From: an uncultured Spirochaetota bacterium | GTDB taxonomy: Bacteria > Spirochaetota > Spirochaetia > SZUA-6 > CAVTHK01 | Direction: 5' to 3' | DNA length: 64,000 bases | Assembly: GCA_963734495.1 (NCBI GenBank) | Contig: CAVTHK010000005.1 | Location: forward strand, 165,913 to 229,912 | The notes under the pieces: generated by a model | Told to the model about the DNA's origin: nothing | What the model saw: only the letters and a program-made list of their open reading frames with translations | Databases searched by the model: none | In this document: in pieces, positions 40,631-50,557 of the stretch | Layout: each line of letters begins with the position of its first letter | How positions within the stretch are numbered: the stretch's first letter is position 1 | Program-made: the position numbers and the translations under genes

Positions 40631-41047
40631 ATGCGAAAGTCGTGTTCTCTGGGCATTTTGATGCTGGGGCTGGCCTGCCTCTTTCTGTTCGCCTGCAAAT
40701 CGGCGGGCACTCCAAAAGAACCAGACGCCGCCGGAACCGGGCTCCGGGCTGGCGGCGGACCCAAGGCATCACTTCCTGCCGTTGCGGTGAGCCATGTGCG
40801 CACCGCAGGCTACTCAGGCGGCACGCGGTCGGCTGCCGCGGCGCAGCCGAGGGAGCTCGCGGGCAAGACGCCGGTGACTCCGGGAAACCGTGCCGGCGCG
40901 GCTGCGGACCAGGCCATACAACCCATGAGAGCCGTCGTGTTCGGAGGCGTTCCGGTGGTCTTTGTGGCAGCCGTCGGGGCGATCGCGACAGCGTTCGACA
41001 GGAGACGTCGCAGGCTCGCCCCCTCCGCTTCCGCGACAAGCCGATAG
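40631..41047 (+). CDS. Hypothetical lipoprotein with C-terminal TM helix and Arg cluster
   Basis: RBS GAGGAGG, lipobox LFLFAC, low-complexity linker, hydrophobic C-terminus followed by RRRRR. Confidence 0.55.
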   Translation: MRKSCSLGILMLGLACLFLFACKSAGTPKEPDAAGTGLRAGGGPKASLPAVAVSHVRTAGYSGGTRSAAAAQPRELAGKTPVTPGNRAGAAADQAIQPMRAVVFGGVPVVFVAAVGAIATAFDRRRRRLAPSASATSR

Positions 41048-41068
41048 CGGCGGGCGCGAGCGCCAACC

Positions 41069-42247
41069 TCACGTTCGCGCCACGCCCTCCAGCCACTCGC
41101 GCGTGATCTCCAGCCCGAAGCCCGGCGCGTCGCTCGGCACCAGGTACCCGTCGCGGATGACGGGCGTCCCCGGAAGCGCCACCATCTCCTCCAGCGGCAC
41201 CCCGGGAGGCGACACGCCCTCGGAGCGCTCGCCCCATGCGATGGCGGGCATGGCGAACGAGAGGTGCTGGCCGAACGGCGTGTTCATGCCCGCGTGGGCG
41301 ATCACGGACAGCCCGTAGGCATCGGCGATGTGGCAGATCCTCACCGCGTTCGTCACGCCCCCGCACCAGAGGACGTCCGGCTGCAGGATGTCGACGAGCC
41401 CCGAGCTGGATGCGGAGGCGAACGGCGCCGTCGCGTACCAGTGCTCGCCCGATGCGAGGGTGAGCCACGGCACCCGCCGGCGCACGCGCGCGTACCCTTC
41501 CAGGTCGTCGGGCGCGAGGACGTCTTCGAGCCACTTGATCCGGTAGGGCCTGAGCGCCTCGGCGAGCCGGACCGCATACTCCACGTCGAGCGACATCCAG
41601 GCGTCGACCGCGAGCTCCACGTCGTCGCCCACGATCTCCCTCGCGCGCGCCACGCGCTCCTCGTCGCGGCGCAGGCCCTCGAGCCCGTCCTCGGGTCCGT
41701 GCAGGAGAAAGATCTTGACCGCGCGGAACCCCAGCTCCAGGAACCACTCGAGGCTCGCCTCCATTCCGTAGTCGAGGATGGTGTTGCTCGCGTAGCAGAA
41801 GATGCGCTCTTTCTGCGGCCCGCCTAACAGCTCGTACACGGGGCGCCGCAGCAGCTTCGCCTTGAGGTCCCAGAGCGCCACGTCGACGGCGCTGATGGCG
41901 TAGCTCGCGAGCCCTTCCGTGCCGTAGGCCTCGGTCATGCGGCGCATCACGTCCCAGAGCTTCTCGGTCGCCATGCAGGGCTCGCCTCGAAGAGCCGGCG
42001 CGATGTGCTCGTTGATGATGGTCGCCACGGGACTGCCTTGCACGGTGATGCCGAACCCCCACGTGCCGTCGTCCGCGGTGACGACGCAGGCGACGCGCTT
42101 CCAGCCCGGCCCGCCTTTGCGGCGCATCTCGGGGTAACGCGACATGGGGGCGTGGAAGCCTTCGTTGGACACTTTCGGCACCCGGGGCTGAGTCTTCGGG
42201 TGAGGCGTGATGTCCACCAGGGCCGCGCGTACATCCTTGATCCGCAC
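41069..42247 (-). CDS. Mandelate racemase-subgroup sugar-acid dehydratase (L-rhamnonate dehydratase-like)
   Basis: SAVDVALWDL, VDAW, WLED, SGEH, QPDVLWCGG, PGFGLE. Confidence 0.82.
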   Translation of the reverse strand: MRIKDVRAALVDITPHPKTQPRVPKVSNEGFHAPMSRYPEMRRKGGPGWKRVACVVTADDGTWGFGITVQGSPVATIINEHIAPALRGEPCMATEKLWDVMRRMTEAYGTEGLASYAISAVDVALWDLKAKLLRRPVYELLGGPQKERIFCYASNTILDYGMEASLEWFLELGFRAVKIFLLHGPEDGLEGLRRDEERVARAREIVGDDVELAVDAWMSLDVEYAVRLAEALRPYRIKWLEDVLAPDDLEGYARVRRRVPWLTLASGEHWYATAPFASASSSGLVDILQPDVLWCGGVTNAVRICHIADAYGLSVIAHAGMNTPFGQHLSFAMPAIAWGERSEGVSPPGVPLEEMVALPGTPVIRDGYLVPSDAPGFGLEITREWLEGVART

Positions 42248-42434
42248 CGTCTTCCCCCTCCGCGCCAGGCGCGCCGGCCGGCGCCGCACGCGTCAGGAAT
42301 AGCCCGAAACCCCGCCGCGGTTCAACGGTGGGCGGCGCCAGGCGGCGCAGCGCGCCCTTGCCCGCTGCCGCTCCCCGCACTATGCTGGCCCGGCGGTCCG
42401 GCCTGCCGCGGCCGCGTCGCCGGAGGAGGAGCGC

Positions 42435-44594
42435 GTGAAAGTAAACAAGCACAAGCAGGCCTACATCAGGAGGCACGAGACGAACGCGGACAATACGAAG
42501 CCGACTGTGCCTCCCGAGGACCTCACGCCGAAGCTCGGGCTCGAAGAAACCCTTGCCGCGCTCACCCTCGAGGAGAAGATCGGGATGCTCGGCGGCGTGG
42601 ACCACATGGGGATCCGCGGCGTGCCCCGCCTCGGGCTGCCGCGGGTCTGGTGCTCCGACGCCTCGGCCGGAGTGCGCAACTTCGGCCCGGGCACCTGCTT
42701 CCCGGCGCCTGTGGCGCTGGCCGCTTCCTGGAACCGCGGCCTGGCCCGCAGGGTGGCCGAAGCCATCGGCGAGGAGTGCCGCGCCTTGGGCGTCTCGATC
42801 CTGCTCGGTCCCGGAGTCAACATCGCCCGGGTGCCGACCTGCGGCCGCAACTTCGAGTACATGGGCGAAGACCCCTTTCTCGCGGCCGAGATGGCCGTCT
42901 CCTACATTCAGGGCGTCCAGAGCCGCGGCGTGGCCGCGACGGTCAAGCACTTCGCCTGCAACAACTCCGACTACGACCGCCACCGCATGGACGCGATCGT
43001 GGACGCGCGCACGCTCAACGAGATCTACTTTCCCGCCTTCCGCGCCGCCGTGCAGAAAGCGGGCGCCCGCTGCGTGATGTCCTCCTACAACCCCGTGAAC
43101 GGCGCGTACGCGAGCGAGAACAGGCCGCTGCTCCGCGACACGCTCAAGGGCGAATGGGGGTTTGCGGGCTTCGTGATGTCGGACTGGAACTCGGTCTACG
43201 GCACGCGCGGCCCCCTCGAGGCCGGGCTCGACCTGGAGATGCCGCGCGGCGTCTTCTACAGCCCCGAGCAGATCGAGCCGCTGGTGCGCGAGGGCAAGGT
43301 CCCCGTCGAGCTCGTGGACGAGAAGATCCGGCGCATGCTCAAGGTGTTCTTCGAGATGAAGGTCTACGGCCGGCCGACGATCGACGCTTCCGCGACCGCG
43401 CACACCGCGGCTGCCCTCGCCGTTGCCCTCGAGGCGGCCAAGGAGGGCATCGTGCTGCTGAAGAACGAGCGCGGCCTGCTGCCCTTCGACCCGGCGCGCC
43501 TGCGCCGCGTGGCGCTGGTCGGCGCGAACGCAGCCGCCACGCCCACGGGGGGCGGCGGCTCCTCCCGCGTGCGGGCCGCCCGACCCATCAGCATCGAGCA
43601 GGGGCTGCGCGAGGCCCTGCCGCGCGCCGACGTCGCGGTGGTCCCCGACAGGCGCGGCCGCATCGGCGCCCGGGACGCCGCGAGCATCAGGGAGGCCGAC
43701 GCGGTCGTCGTGTGCGTCGGCTTCAACCATCGGCTCGAGAGCGAGAGCTACGACCGCCCGTGGCGGCTCCCCGACGGGCAGGCGCGCCTGGTGCGCCGCC
43801 TGTCGGCGATCAACAAGAACACTGTGGTCGTGCTCACTTCGGGCGGAGACCTGGAGACTGCGTCGTGGATCGGTCATGCGCCGGCAGTCCTTCACACGAT
43901 GTATCTCGGGGAGGTCACGGGCCGCGCCATCGCGGAGACGCTGACCGGCGCCAGCAACCCTTCGGGCAAGCTCCCCTTCACCATGGCGAAGCGTTGGGCG
44001 GATCACCCGGCCACCGCGAGCTACGTGCGCAGGCCCGAGCACACGACCGCGCGCCTCACGCTCGGCCCGCCGACTCGGAGGCGCATCAACGAGCTGCCGG
44101 CGGCCGTGATGGAGCGCTGGCCGCGGGAGCGGCGGCCGGTGCGGTACAGAGAGGGGATCTTTGTCGGCTACCGGCACTTCGACACGCGCGAAGTCGAGCC
44201 GCAGTTCGCCTTTGGCCACGGGCTAGCCTACACGAGCTTCGAGCTGGGCGAGCTGCGCCTCTCCGCGGCCAAAGTCGGCCGCGGCGGCGAAGTCACGGTC
44301 ACTCTGAGCGTACGCAACACGGGGGCGCGAGCGGGCGCCGAGGTCATCCAGCTGTACGTCGAGGACCTCGAGTGCTCGCTCCCGCGGCCGCGCAAGGAGC
44401 TCAAGGCGTTCGCCAAGGTGAGCGTCGAGCCGGGGCAGACGGCAAGCGTCAGCCTGAAGCTCGACGACGAAGCCTGGCGCTTCTACGACCCGGCGCGCCG
44501 CGCGTGGGCCGCGGAGCCGGGCCGCTTCCGGCTGCACGTGGGCACGAGCTCGCGCGCCATAGCGCACACGGCGGAAATCGACTACGCCGGTTGA
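42435..44594 (+). CDS. GH3 beta-glucosidase-like enzyme (cytoplasmic, C-terminal Fn3-like domain)
   Basis: GRNFEYMGEDP, KHF, MSDW nucleophile, ESESYDR, NPSGKLP, ELKAF. Confidence 0.93.
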   Translation: MKVNKHKQAYIRRHETNADNTKPTVPPEDLTPKLGLEETLAALTLEEKIGMLGGVDHMGIRGVPRLGLPRVWCSDASAGVRNFGPGTCFPAPVALAASWNRGLARRVAEAIGEECRALGVSILLGPGVNIARVPTCGRNFEYMGEDPFLAAEMAVSYIQGVQSRGVAATVKHFACNNSDYDRHRMDAIVDARTLNEIYFPAFRAAVQKAGARCVMSSYNPVNGAYASENRPLLRDTLKGEWGFAGFVMSDWNSVYGTRGPLEAGLDLEMPRGVFYSPEQIEPLVREGKVPVELVDEKIRRMLKVFFEMKVYGRPTIDASATAHTAAALAVALEAAKEGIVLLKNERGLLPFDPARLRRVALVGANAAATPTGGGGSSRVRAARPISIEQGLREALPRADVAVVPDRRGRIGARDAASIREADAVVVCVGFNHRLESESYDRPWRLPDGQARLVRRLSAINKNTVVVLTSGGDLETASWIGHAPAVLHTMYLGEVTGRAIAETLTGASNPSGKLPFTMAKRWADHPATASYVRRPEHTTARLTLGPPTRRRINELPAAVMERWPRERRPVRYREGIFVGYRHFDTREVEPQFAFGHGLAYTSFELGELRLSAAKVGRGGEVTVTLSVRNTGARAGAEVIQLYVEDLECSLPRPRKELKAFAKVSVEPGQTASVSLKLDDEAWRFYDPARRAWAAEPGRFRLHVGTSSRAIAHTAEIDYAG

Positions 44595-44756
44595 GAGGCG
44601 GCCGCATCAGGCCGTGGCCGGGCCGATGCGCGACGCCGCCGGCGACGCCGTGCCCGCCGCGGAGTGCGCGCCGACGGAGCGTTTCGCTGCGCCGGCAGCT
44701 GGACCCCACCGCGGATCAGGTGATCATCGACGGCGGGGGGTTCCGCCTGCCGTTCG

Positions 44757-46709
44757 CTACCCGCGGCGGGGCAGCCAGACGGCCATCTCGCCAAAGCCGC
44801 GGTTGCCCCATAGGAAATAGGGGATGGCCTTGATCCTGATCCGCTGGACGTCCGCGGAATAGGGCCGGTACAGCTCGCGTGACCATTTCGACGGGTCGCG
44901 TCGTACCCCGTCGAGCTGCAGGGTCACCGCGTCCCGGGAGAGACCCTCGATGCCCCTCTTCTCGGTGACCTTCATGTCCGCACATACCGAGAGGTCGTGT
45001 ATTCCCTTCCCGTTGTCCGCTTGTTCGACGCAGTAGACGACCGGCCCTCTCTGCAGGGCGATTCGGCCGCAGTCCTCGCGCACGCGCGGGTTGGCTTCCA
45101 TCGGCGTGACGGGCATCTGGAGCTCGAGGCGGATCCTGTTTTTCTCGAAGGCTCTCTTGATCACGCAGTAGCCCTTGATCATCTGGTAGTCCGCACGCTG
45201 GCCGTCGACTGTGACCGACCAGTCCCTGCACCAGCCGGGAATCCGCAGACCGACTGCGAATGTCGTTTTCGCGGCGAAATCCAGCGTGAGGTCGACGGTG
45301 CCGCTCCAAGGATAGTCGGTGGCGACCGTAAGCCGTCCGGGTGACCCGCCTTGGGTGAACCTCAACTCGCTGCCGGCGTACAGGTGAACGCGGATGCCGT
45401 CGCCGTCCCAAGAGTACATGTACGTCCCGAGCGAGCCGATGAGCCGCGAGAGATTCGGTGGGCAGCAGGAGACGTCGAACCACTCCTGCCGTTCCGCCTT
45501 CATCTTGTCGATGAGGCTGGCGCTCGCGTGCTCGAAGTTGTCAGGGAGAACGGACATGTAGTTCGCGTAGAAGAATCTGTCGCCGCTCGAAGAGACGCCG
45601 CTCAGGATGACGTTGTAGAGCGTCTGCTCGATGACGTCGGCAAAACGACTCTCGCCAGAGGCCTGGAGCATCCTGTGGGCCCAAAAGACGAGGGCGACGG
45701 ACGCGCAGCTCTCATTGTAGGTGTGCTCGTTGGGGAGATCGTAGGCAAAGCTGAACCGCTCCCCATCGTGCGCCGGCCCGATGCCTCCGACGATCGAGAA
45801 CTGCGTCGTCGTCAGGGCGTCCCAGATCCGCAGGCACGCCCGGCGCAGGTCGTCGTCGTTGTAGGCCTCGGCGACGTCCGACATGCCGCTGTAGAGGTAC
45901 ATCGCGCGTACGGCGTGGCCCACCGGCTCGTTCTGCTCGCGCACGGGCTTGTGCGCCTGGTACTCGGCGTACGGACCGCGGCTCCTGAGGAAGAACTTCA
46001 GATGCCGCGTCTGGTTGGCGGTCTTTGTCGTATCGACTCCGCGGGCCAGGGATTCGGTCTCGAAAAAGTAGGGCTTCCGGCCACGCTCATCGATGAAGTA
46101 CTTTGCGAGGTCCAGGTACTTCCGGTTCCCGCTGGCCCTGGAGAGGCGCACCAGGGCCATCTCTATCTCGGGATGACCGCAATACCCCCTGATCTTTCCC
46201 GGCTCCGGACCGACGGTCGCGCAGATGTGATCGGCGTACCGGCACATGATATCGAGGAACTCTCTCTTGCCGGTGACCTCGTAGTACGCGACGGCTCCCT
46301 CCATGAGGTGTCCCGCGCAGTACAGCTCGTGCATGTAGTACAGGTTGGTCCACCTCTTCCCGATCCCCGTGAGCCGGTAGTAGGTGTTGAGGTAGCCGTC
46401 CGGATACTGCTCGCGGCCGAGCATCGCGACAATCCCGTCTACGCGGCGCTCGAGCGCGGGGTCGGGCTTTGCGCCGAGACTGTAGGCGATCGCCTCGATG
46501 GTTTTGCCGATGTCGGAATCCCAGAAAGGGTGCGGGTTGTCTGCCGAACCTTCGCCCAACGCCGCGCGGACGGCATCGACGCGCCCGGTTTCCTCGAGCT
46601 TTCGGAGGATCGAGGGGACCGTAACCGCCTCGTTGAGCAGCTGCCTCGCCCGCAGCAGGCCGGAGTTGAGAGCGACGTCCTTCAAACCGAACGGCTCGAG
46701 TGCTTTCAT
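44757..46709 (-). CDS. GH127 (beta-L-arabinofuranosidase-like) glycoside hydrolase
   Basis: FWDSD, HELYCAGHL, GHPEIE, GHAVRAMY, YNESCA, SCCPPN, IPYFLWGNR. Confidence 0.93.
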   Translation of the reverse strand: MKALEPFGLKDVALNSGLLRARQLLNEAVTVPSILRKLEETGRVDAVRAALGEGSADNPHPFWDSDIGKTIEAIAYSLGAKPDPALERRVDGIVAMLGREQYPDGYLNTYYRLTGIGKRWTNLYYMHELYCAGHLMEGAVAYYEVTGKREFLDIMCRYADHICATVGPEPGKIRGYCGHPEIEMALVRLSRASGNRKYLDLAKYFIDERGRKPYFFETESLARGVDTTKTANQTRHLKFFLRSRGPYAEYQAHKPVREQNEPVGHAVRAMYLYSGMSDVAEAYNDDDLRRACLRIWDALTTTQFSIVGGIGPAHDGERFSFAYDLPNEHTYNESCASVALVFWAHRMLQASGESRFADVIEQTLYNVILSGVSSSGDRFFYANYMSVLPDNFEHASASLIDKMKAERQEWFDVSCCPPNLSRLIGSLGTYMYSWDGDGIRVHLYAGSELRFTQGGSPGRLTVATDYPWSGTVDLTLDFAAKTTFAVGLRIPGWCRDWSVTVDGQRADYQMIKGYCVIKRAFEKNRIRLELQMPVTPMEANPRVREDCGRIALQRGPVVYCVEQADNGKGIHDLSVCADMKVTEKRGIEGLSRDAVTLQLDGVRRDPSKWSRELYRPYSADVQRIRIKAIPYFLWGNRGFGEMAVWLPRRG

Positions 46710-46740
46710 CTGGCTGTTCCCTCCGGGCCGGACGCCGGGA

Positions 46741-47592
46741 CTACCCTTTCAGGCCCGTAGTGGCGATGCCCTCGACGAAGTAGCGCTGGCCGGCCACGAA
46801 GACGATCACCACCGGCACGATCGCCGTGAGCGAGGCGACCATCAGGAGGTGCCACTGGGAGCTGTACATGCCGATGAATGTCCTCAGTCCGAGCTGAATC
46901 GTGTACTTCTTTTCGTCGCTGAGAAAGATCAGAGGGTTGATGAAGTCGTTCCAGGTGTTGAGAAAGGTGAACAGGCCCACGCTGATGAGCGCCGGCCGCG
47001 AAAGCGGGAGCGTGACGCTCGCGAACAGCCGCAGGTGCCCGGCGCCGTCCATGAACGCCGCCTCGTCGAGCTCCCTGGGAAGCGTCCTGAAGAACTGCCG
47101 CAGCAGGAAGATGTTGAACATCCCCCCGCCAAAGACGCTCGCCGTGCCGATGCCGAACCACGAGGGCACAGTGAGCGGAATGTACGTGTCGGTGAGGCCC
47201 AGCTTCGTCCACATGATGAAGTTCGGGATCATGGTGGCGAAGTAGGGCAGCATGACGCTCGACATGAGGACGTAGAAGACCGGGTCCCGGAACTTCCACT
47301 TGATCCTCGAGAACCCGTAGGCGGCGAGCGAGCACGACGTCAGGATACCGGCCACTGAGATGGCCACGATCGTGAACGAATTGCGGTAGTAGCGGCCAAA
47401 GGGGAGCGCCGTGAGGGCCTGCGTGAAGTTCGCCCACCTGACGGGGTGAGGAAACACGACCGGCGGGAACATGAAGATCTGGGTCATGCTCATGAACGCG
47501 CTGCGCAGGATCCAGTAGAAAGGCACGAGCCAGACGAGGGCGAGGAGAAATGTCGCGAAGGTGGCAAAGAAGATCCTGGCGGTGCCTCGCAT
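46741..47592 (-). CDS. Carbohydrate ABC permease (MalG-like)
   Basis: ELDEAAFMDGA (EAA loop), WNDF, QRYFVEG. Confidence 0.93.
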   Translation of the reverse strand: MRGTARIFFATFATFLLALVWLVPFYWILRSAFMSMTQIFMFPPVVFPHPVRWANFTQALTALPFGRYYRNSFTIVAISVAGILTSCSLAAYGFSRIKWKFRDPVFYVLMSSVMLPYFATMIPNFIMWTKLGLTDTYIPLTVPSWFGIGTASVFGGGMFNIFLLRQFFRTLPRELDEAAFMDGAGHLRLFASVTLPLSRPALISVGLFTFLNTWNDFINPLIFLSDEKKYTIQLGLRTFIGMYSSQWHLLMVASLTAIVPVVIVFVAGQRYFVEGIATTGLKG

Positions 47593-47593
47593 C

Positions 47594-48484
47594 TCACTCG
47601 TCCCCGTAGTACACCCAGTGGCGCGAAGACCAGAACAGCAGCCCGGAGGCCGACACGATCAGCACAAAGAGGATCCAGCCGAGCGCGTTGGCCCTCCCGA
47701 TGGTGCTGAACTCGAAGGCCTGCCGGTACAGATAGTAAACCATGAAGTTGGTGGCGTTGTTCGGGCCACCCTGCGTCATGATGTAGGCGGGCAGAAAGGC
47801 CTGTGCGCTCGCGATGAGAAACATGACGGCGTTGAAAAGGATGGTCGGCGTCATGAGGGGCAGGGTCACGTGCTGGAACCGCGCGAATGTGCCACCGCCG
47901 TCGATGACGATAGCTTCGTAGAGCTGCGACGGGATGCCCTGGAGACCCGCCAGGAACACGACCATGATGTTGCCGCTGCACCAGGCGGTCATCAGCAGGA
48001 GGGAGGGCAGCGCGCTGCTCTCGCCGTAGATCCACTTGGAGGTCGGAAGGCCGATTCCTCTCAGGATCGCGTTAAAGAGCCCGAAGTCGGGGCTCATCAT
48101 CCACATAAAGATCATCGCCGTGGCGATGATCGGGACGATCGTCGGTGTGTAGAACATCGCCCGCAGAACCGGGCGTGCTCGCAAGCTCCGGGAGTTCATG
48201 ATGAGAGCGACGGTAAAGGCGGTCACGATGCAGACCGGGACGTTCATCAGCACGAAAAGGACCGTGACCTCGAGCGACTTGTAGAAGAACGTGTCCTCGC
48301 CGGTGAGCAGCGCCCCGAAGTTCCGAAGACCGACGAACTCCATGGGCCGGGAGATCGAGTAGTTGGTAAAGCCGAGGAAGAGGCTCGCGATCATCGGCCC
48401 CGCGGAAAAGAGGACGAAGCCGAGGATTGCGGGGAGGGTGAACAGCAATCCGGCGATCGTGTCCTTTCTTTCCTGCGCGAGCAT
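47594..48484 (-). CDS. Carbohydrate ABC permease (MalF-like)
   Basis: FLAGLQGIPSQLYEAIVIDGG, TQGGPNNAT. Confidence 0.93.
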   Translation of the reverse strand: MLAQERKDTIAGLLFTLPAILGFVLFSAGPMIASLFLGFTNYSISRPMEFVGLRNFGALLTGEDTFFYKSLEVTVLFVLMNVPVCIVTAFTVALIMNSRSLRARPVLRAMFYTPTIVPIIATAMIFMWMMSPDFGLFNAILRGIGLPTSKWIYGESSALPSLLLMTAWCSGNIMVVFLAGLQGIPSQLYEAIVIDGGGTFARFQHVTLPLMTPTILFNAVMFLIASAQAFLPAYIMTQGGPNNATNFMVYYLYRQAFEFSTIGRANALGWILFVLIVSASGLLFWSSRHWVYYGDE

Positions 48485-48504
48485 GCCGCCTCCTGCACGC
48501 GAAA

Positions 48505-48529
48505 GGGCGGCGGTCGTCGACCGCCGCCC
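48505..48529 (-). terminator. Intercistronic stem-loop after the substrate-binding protein gene
   Basis: GGGCGGCGGTC-GTC-GACCGCCGCCC perfect 11-bp stem, followed by TTT on the minus strand. Confidence 0.6.
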
Positions 48530-48543
48530 CTCGATCCTGTGTT

Positions 48544-49878
48544 CTAGTTCGTGTACTTGCCCGGGTTGAGCTTCATGACATCGGCCTCGATGCCCTTCAT
48601 CGCTTGCTCGGCGGTCTCCTTGCCCAGGTACATACGCTCGAGCGCTGGCTGCACGAGGGCGTCGATCGCCGGCCAGTTCTTGACGTAAGACGAAGGATGA
48701 GGCTTGAAGTTGGTGAGCGCCGGCTTGGCAAAGGCATCGACGTAGCCTTCGGGGTGCGCCGGGTTGCCGATCGCCCACTGTCTGAGCAAGTTGGCGTCGG
48801 TGTAGTACTTCTTCATCAGGGGCATCCAGAGCCCCGCCTTGTGCGTCTCGATCGAGTTGGCGGGATCGCAGATCCACTTCCAGAGCAGATAGGCTTCGTC
48901 GGGGGACTTCGTCGACTTGAAGATCCCGATGGTGCCCCATCCGGGCGACGTGGTGTACTTGCCCATGCCGGGCAGGACCCCGACGCCGAAATCGAGCCCC
49001 GCCTGCGCCAGGTCGAGCAGCACCCACTGACCGATCATGATCATCGCCGACTGCCGCGTGGTGAGGCTGACGGCGGTGGAAGGAAGGGCCTTGACCTCGG
49101 TCGGGCCGGGCGCGACATGATACTTGACGACCAGGTCCGCCATGCTCTGCAGCACCTTGAGGGCCGCGGATTGCGAGAGGCCGAACTTGTTGTCGTTGGT
49201 CACGTAGTCGCCGCCGGCCGCCTGGACGAGCGGCATGTAGGCGCCCTGGTTGAAGTCGAAGCGGATGCCATACTGCTTGATCTTGCTGGGGTCGAACGCC
49301 GGGTCATTCGCGTTCCTGCCGTTCTGGTCGATCGTGAGCTTCTTGGCGATCGTGACCAGCTGGTCCCAGGTGAGCGCGCTTTCCATCTTTGTCGGCAGAG
49401 GGGCGACGCCTGCTTCCTTGAACGCCTGCTTGTTGTAGAAGAGGCCGTAGGCTTCGCCCGCCGTGAACATGCCGTAGGACCTGTCTTTGTCCCAGTACAG
49501 GAAGAAGTCCTTGTTGAAGTCGTCGCGCGTCAGGGACCTGTCCTTGTCTATGAAGTCGAAGATGTTGTAGAGCATGTTCTGCTTCGCAAAGTCCAGTGCC
49601 ATCCAGTCCCGGACGTAGCCGAGATCCGGCGCCTTGTTTCCGGCTACCATCGCGCTCATCTTGGCCTCGTAGTCGGCCGGGATGTGCTGGGACTCTACCT
49701 TGATATTTGGGTACCTGGCCTGGAACGACGCGAGCAGCTTCTCGATCGTCGGTTTCTCAAAGGGGCCGCCCCAGTAGGTGAAGTTCAGCGTCACCCTCGC
49801 CTGGGCGGCGAGCGACGCGGGAGCGATGAGCGCCAGGACGCCCACCAGGACCAGGGAGATCGTGCCGATTCGCTTCAT
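48544..49878 (-). CDS. Carbohydrate ABC substrate-binding protein
   Basis: Signal peptide, FTYWGG, APDL, LFYNKQAF, AMIMIGQW. Confidence 0.92.
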   Translation of the reverse strand: MKRIGTISLVLVGVLALIAPASLAAQARVTLNFTYWGGPFEKPTIEKLLASFQARYPNIKVESQHIPADYEAKMSAMVAGNKAPDLGYVRDWMALDFAKQNMLYNIFDFIDKDRSLTRDDFNKDFFLYWDKDRSYGMFTAGEAYGLFYNKQAFKEAGVAPLPTKMESALTWDQLVTIAKKLTIDQNGRNANDPAFDPSKIKQYGIRFDFNQGAYMPLVQAAGGDYVTNDNKFGLSQSAALKVLQSMADLVVKYHVAPGPTEVKALPSTAVSLTTRQSAMIMIGQWVLLDLAQAGLDFGVGVLPGMGKYTTSPGWGTIGIFKSTKSPDEAYLLWKWICDPANSIETHKAGLWMPLMKKYYTDANLLRQWAIGNPAHPEGYVDAFAKPALTNFKPHPSSYVKNWPAIDALVQPALERMYLGKETAEQAMKGIEADVMKLNPGKYTN

Positions 49879-49898
49879 ACAACCTCTCCTTTCGTGGA

Positions 49899-50531
49899 CT
49901 ACGTCAGGGCCGCGATGAACTCTCTCGAGGTCATGACGGTCCCGATCTTCGGGAAGATGACTTCTTCGGCATACTTCTGCTCGCGCTCGGTATCGGTGGC
50001 CGTACAGTCGGAGATCACGACGACGCGGTACCCGAGGTCGTACGCCGAGCGCGCCGAGGATTCGACGCACCAGTTGGTGTGGAAGCCGGTAAAGGCCACG
50101 TACTCGATCTCGTTGGCCCTCAACAGGTAGTTGATGGCCGTCGAATGGAAGGCGTCGAGGGTCATCTTGCCGCGTACGACGACATCCCCGTCCGCCGGCG
50201 TGAGCTCTTTGACGATCTCGGGACCGGGCGTGCCGTCGACCCAGGCGCCCACGCCCCAGTCGGCCTTCATCTTCATTTCCAGGCCGCGGAGTCCTCCCGT
50301 TCCGGGACCGCCGGGTTTGAGCTCGGGGAAGCCGGGCTTGAAGGCCTGGAAGGGGATGTAGAAGATCTTGACCTTGCCTCGTGCGCTCTTGAAGAGCCCG
50401 ACGAGGTTCTGGATCACGTTCCTCTCTTTGAGCTGCTTTTCGATGTACTGGTACATCGTCCCGCCCTTGGAGAGAAAGTCGTTCTGGGGCTCGATCAACA
50501 CGATCGCGGTCTTTGATGCCGGGAGCTTCAT
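49899..50531 (-). CDS. Isochorismatase-like cysteine hydrolase
   Basis: IEPQNDF, GKMTLDAF, TNWCVESSARSAYDLGY, DCT. Confidence 0.88.
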   Translation of the reverse strand: MKLPASKTAIVLIEPQNDFLSKGGTMYQYIEKQLKERNVIQNLVGLFKSARGKVKIFYIPFQAFKPGFPELKPGGPGTGGLRGLEMKMKADWGVGAWVDGTPGPEIVKELTPADGDVVVRGKMTLDAFHSTAINYLLRANEIEYVAFTGFHTNWCVESSARSAYDLGYRVVVISDCTATDTEREQKYAEEVIFPKIGTVMTSREFIAALT

Positions 50532-50557
50532 GCTCTCACCTCCTTCACAGGACTGCG

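Noticed and set aside
40503-44219. 1238-aa minus-strand ORF and many similar long overlapping ORFs
   Set aside because: Stop-poor alternative frames are expected at this GC content; they are Arg/Ala/Pro-rich with no motifs.
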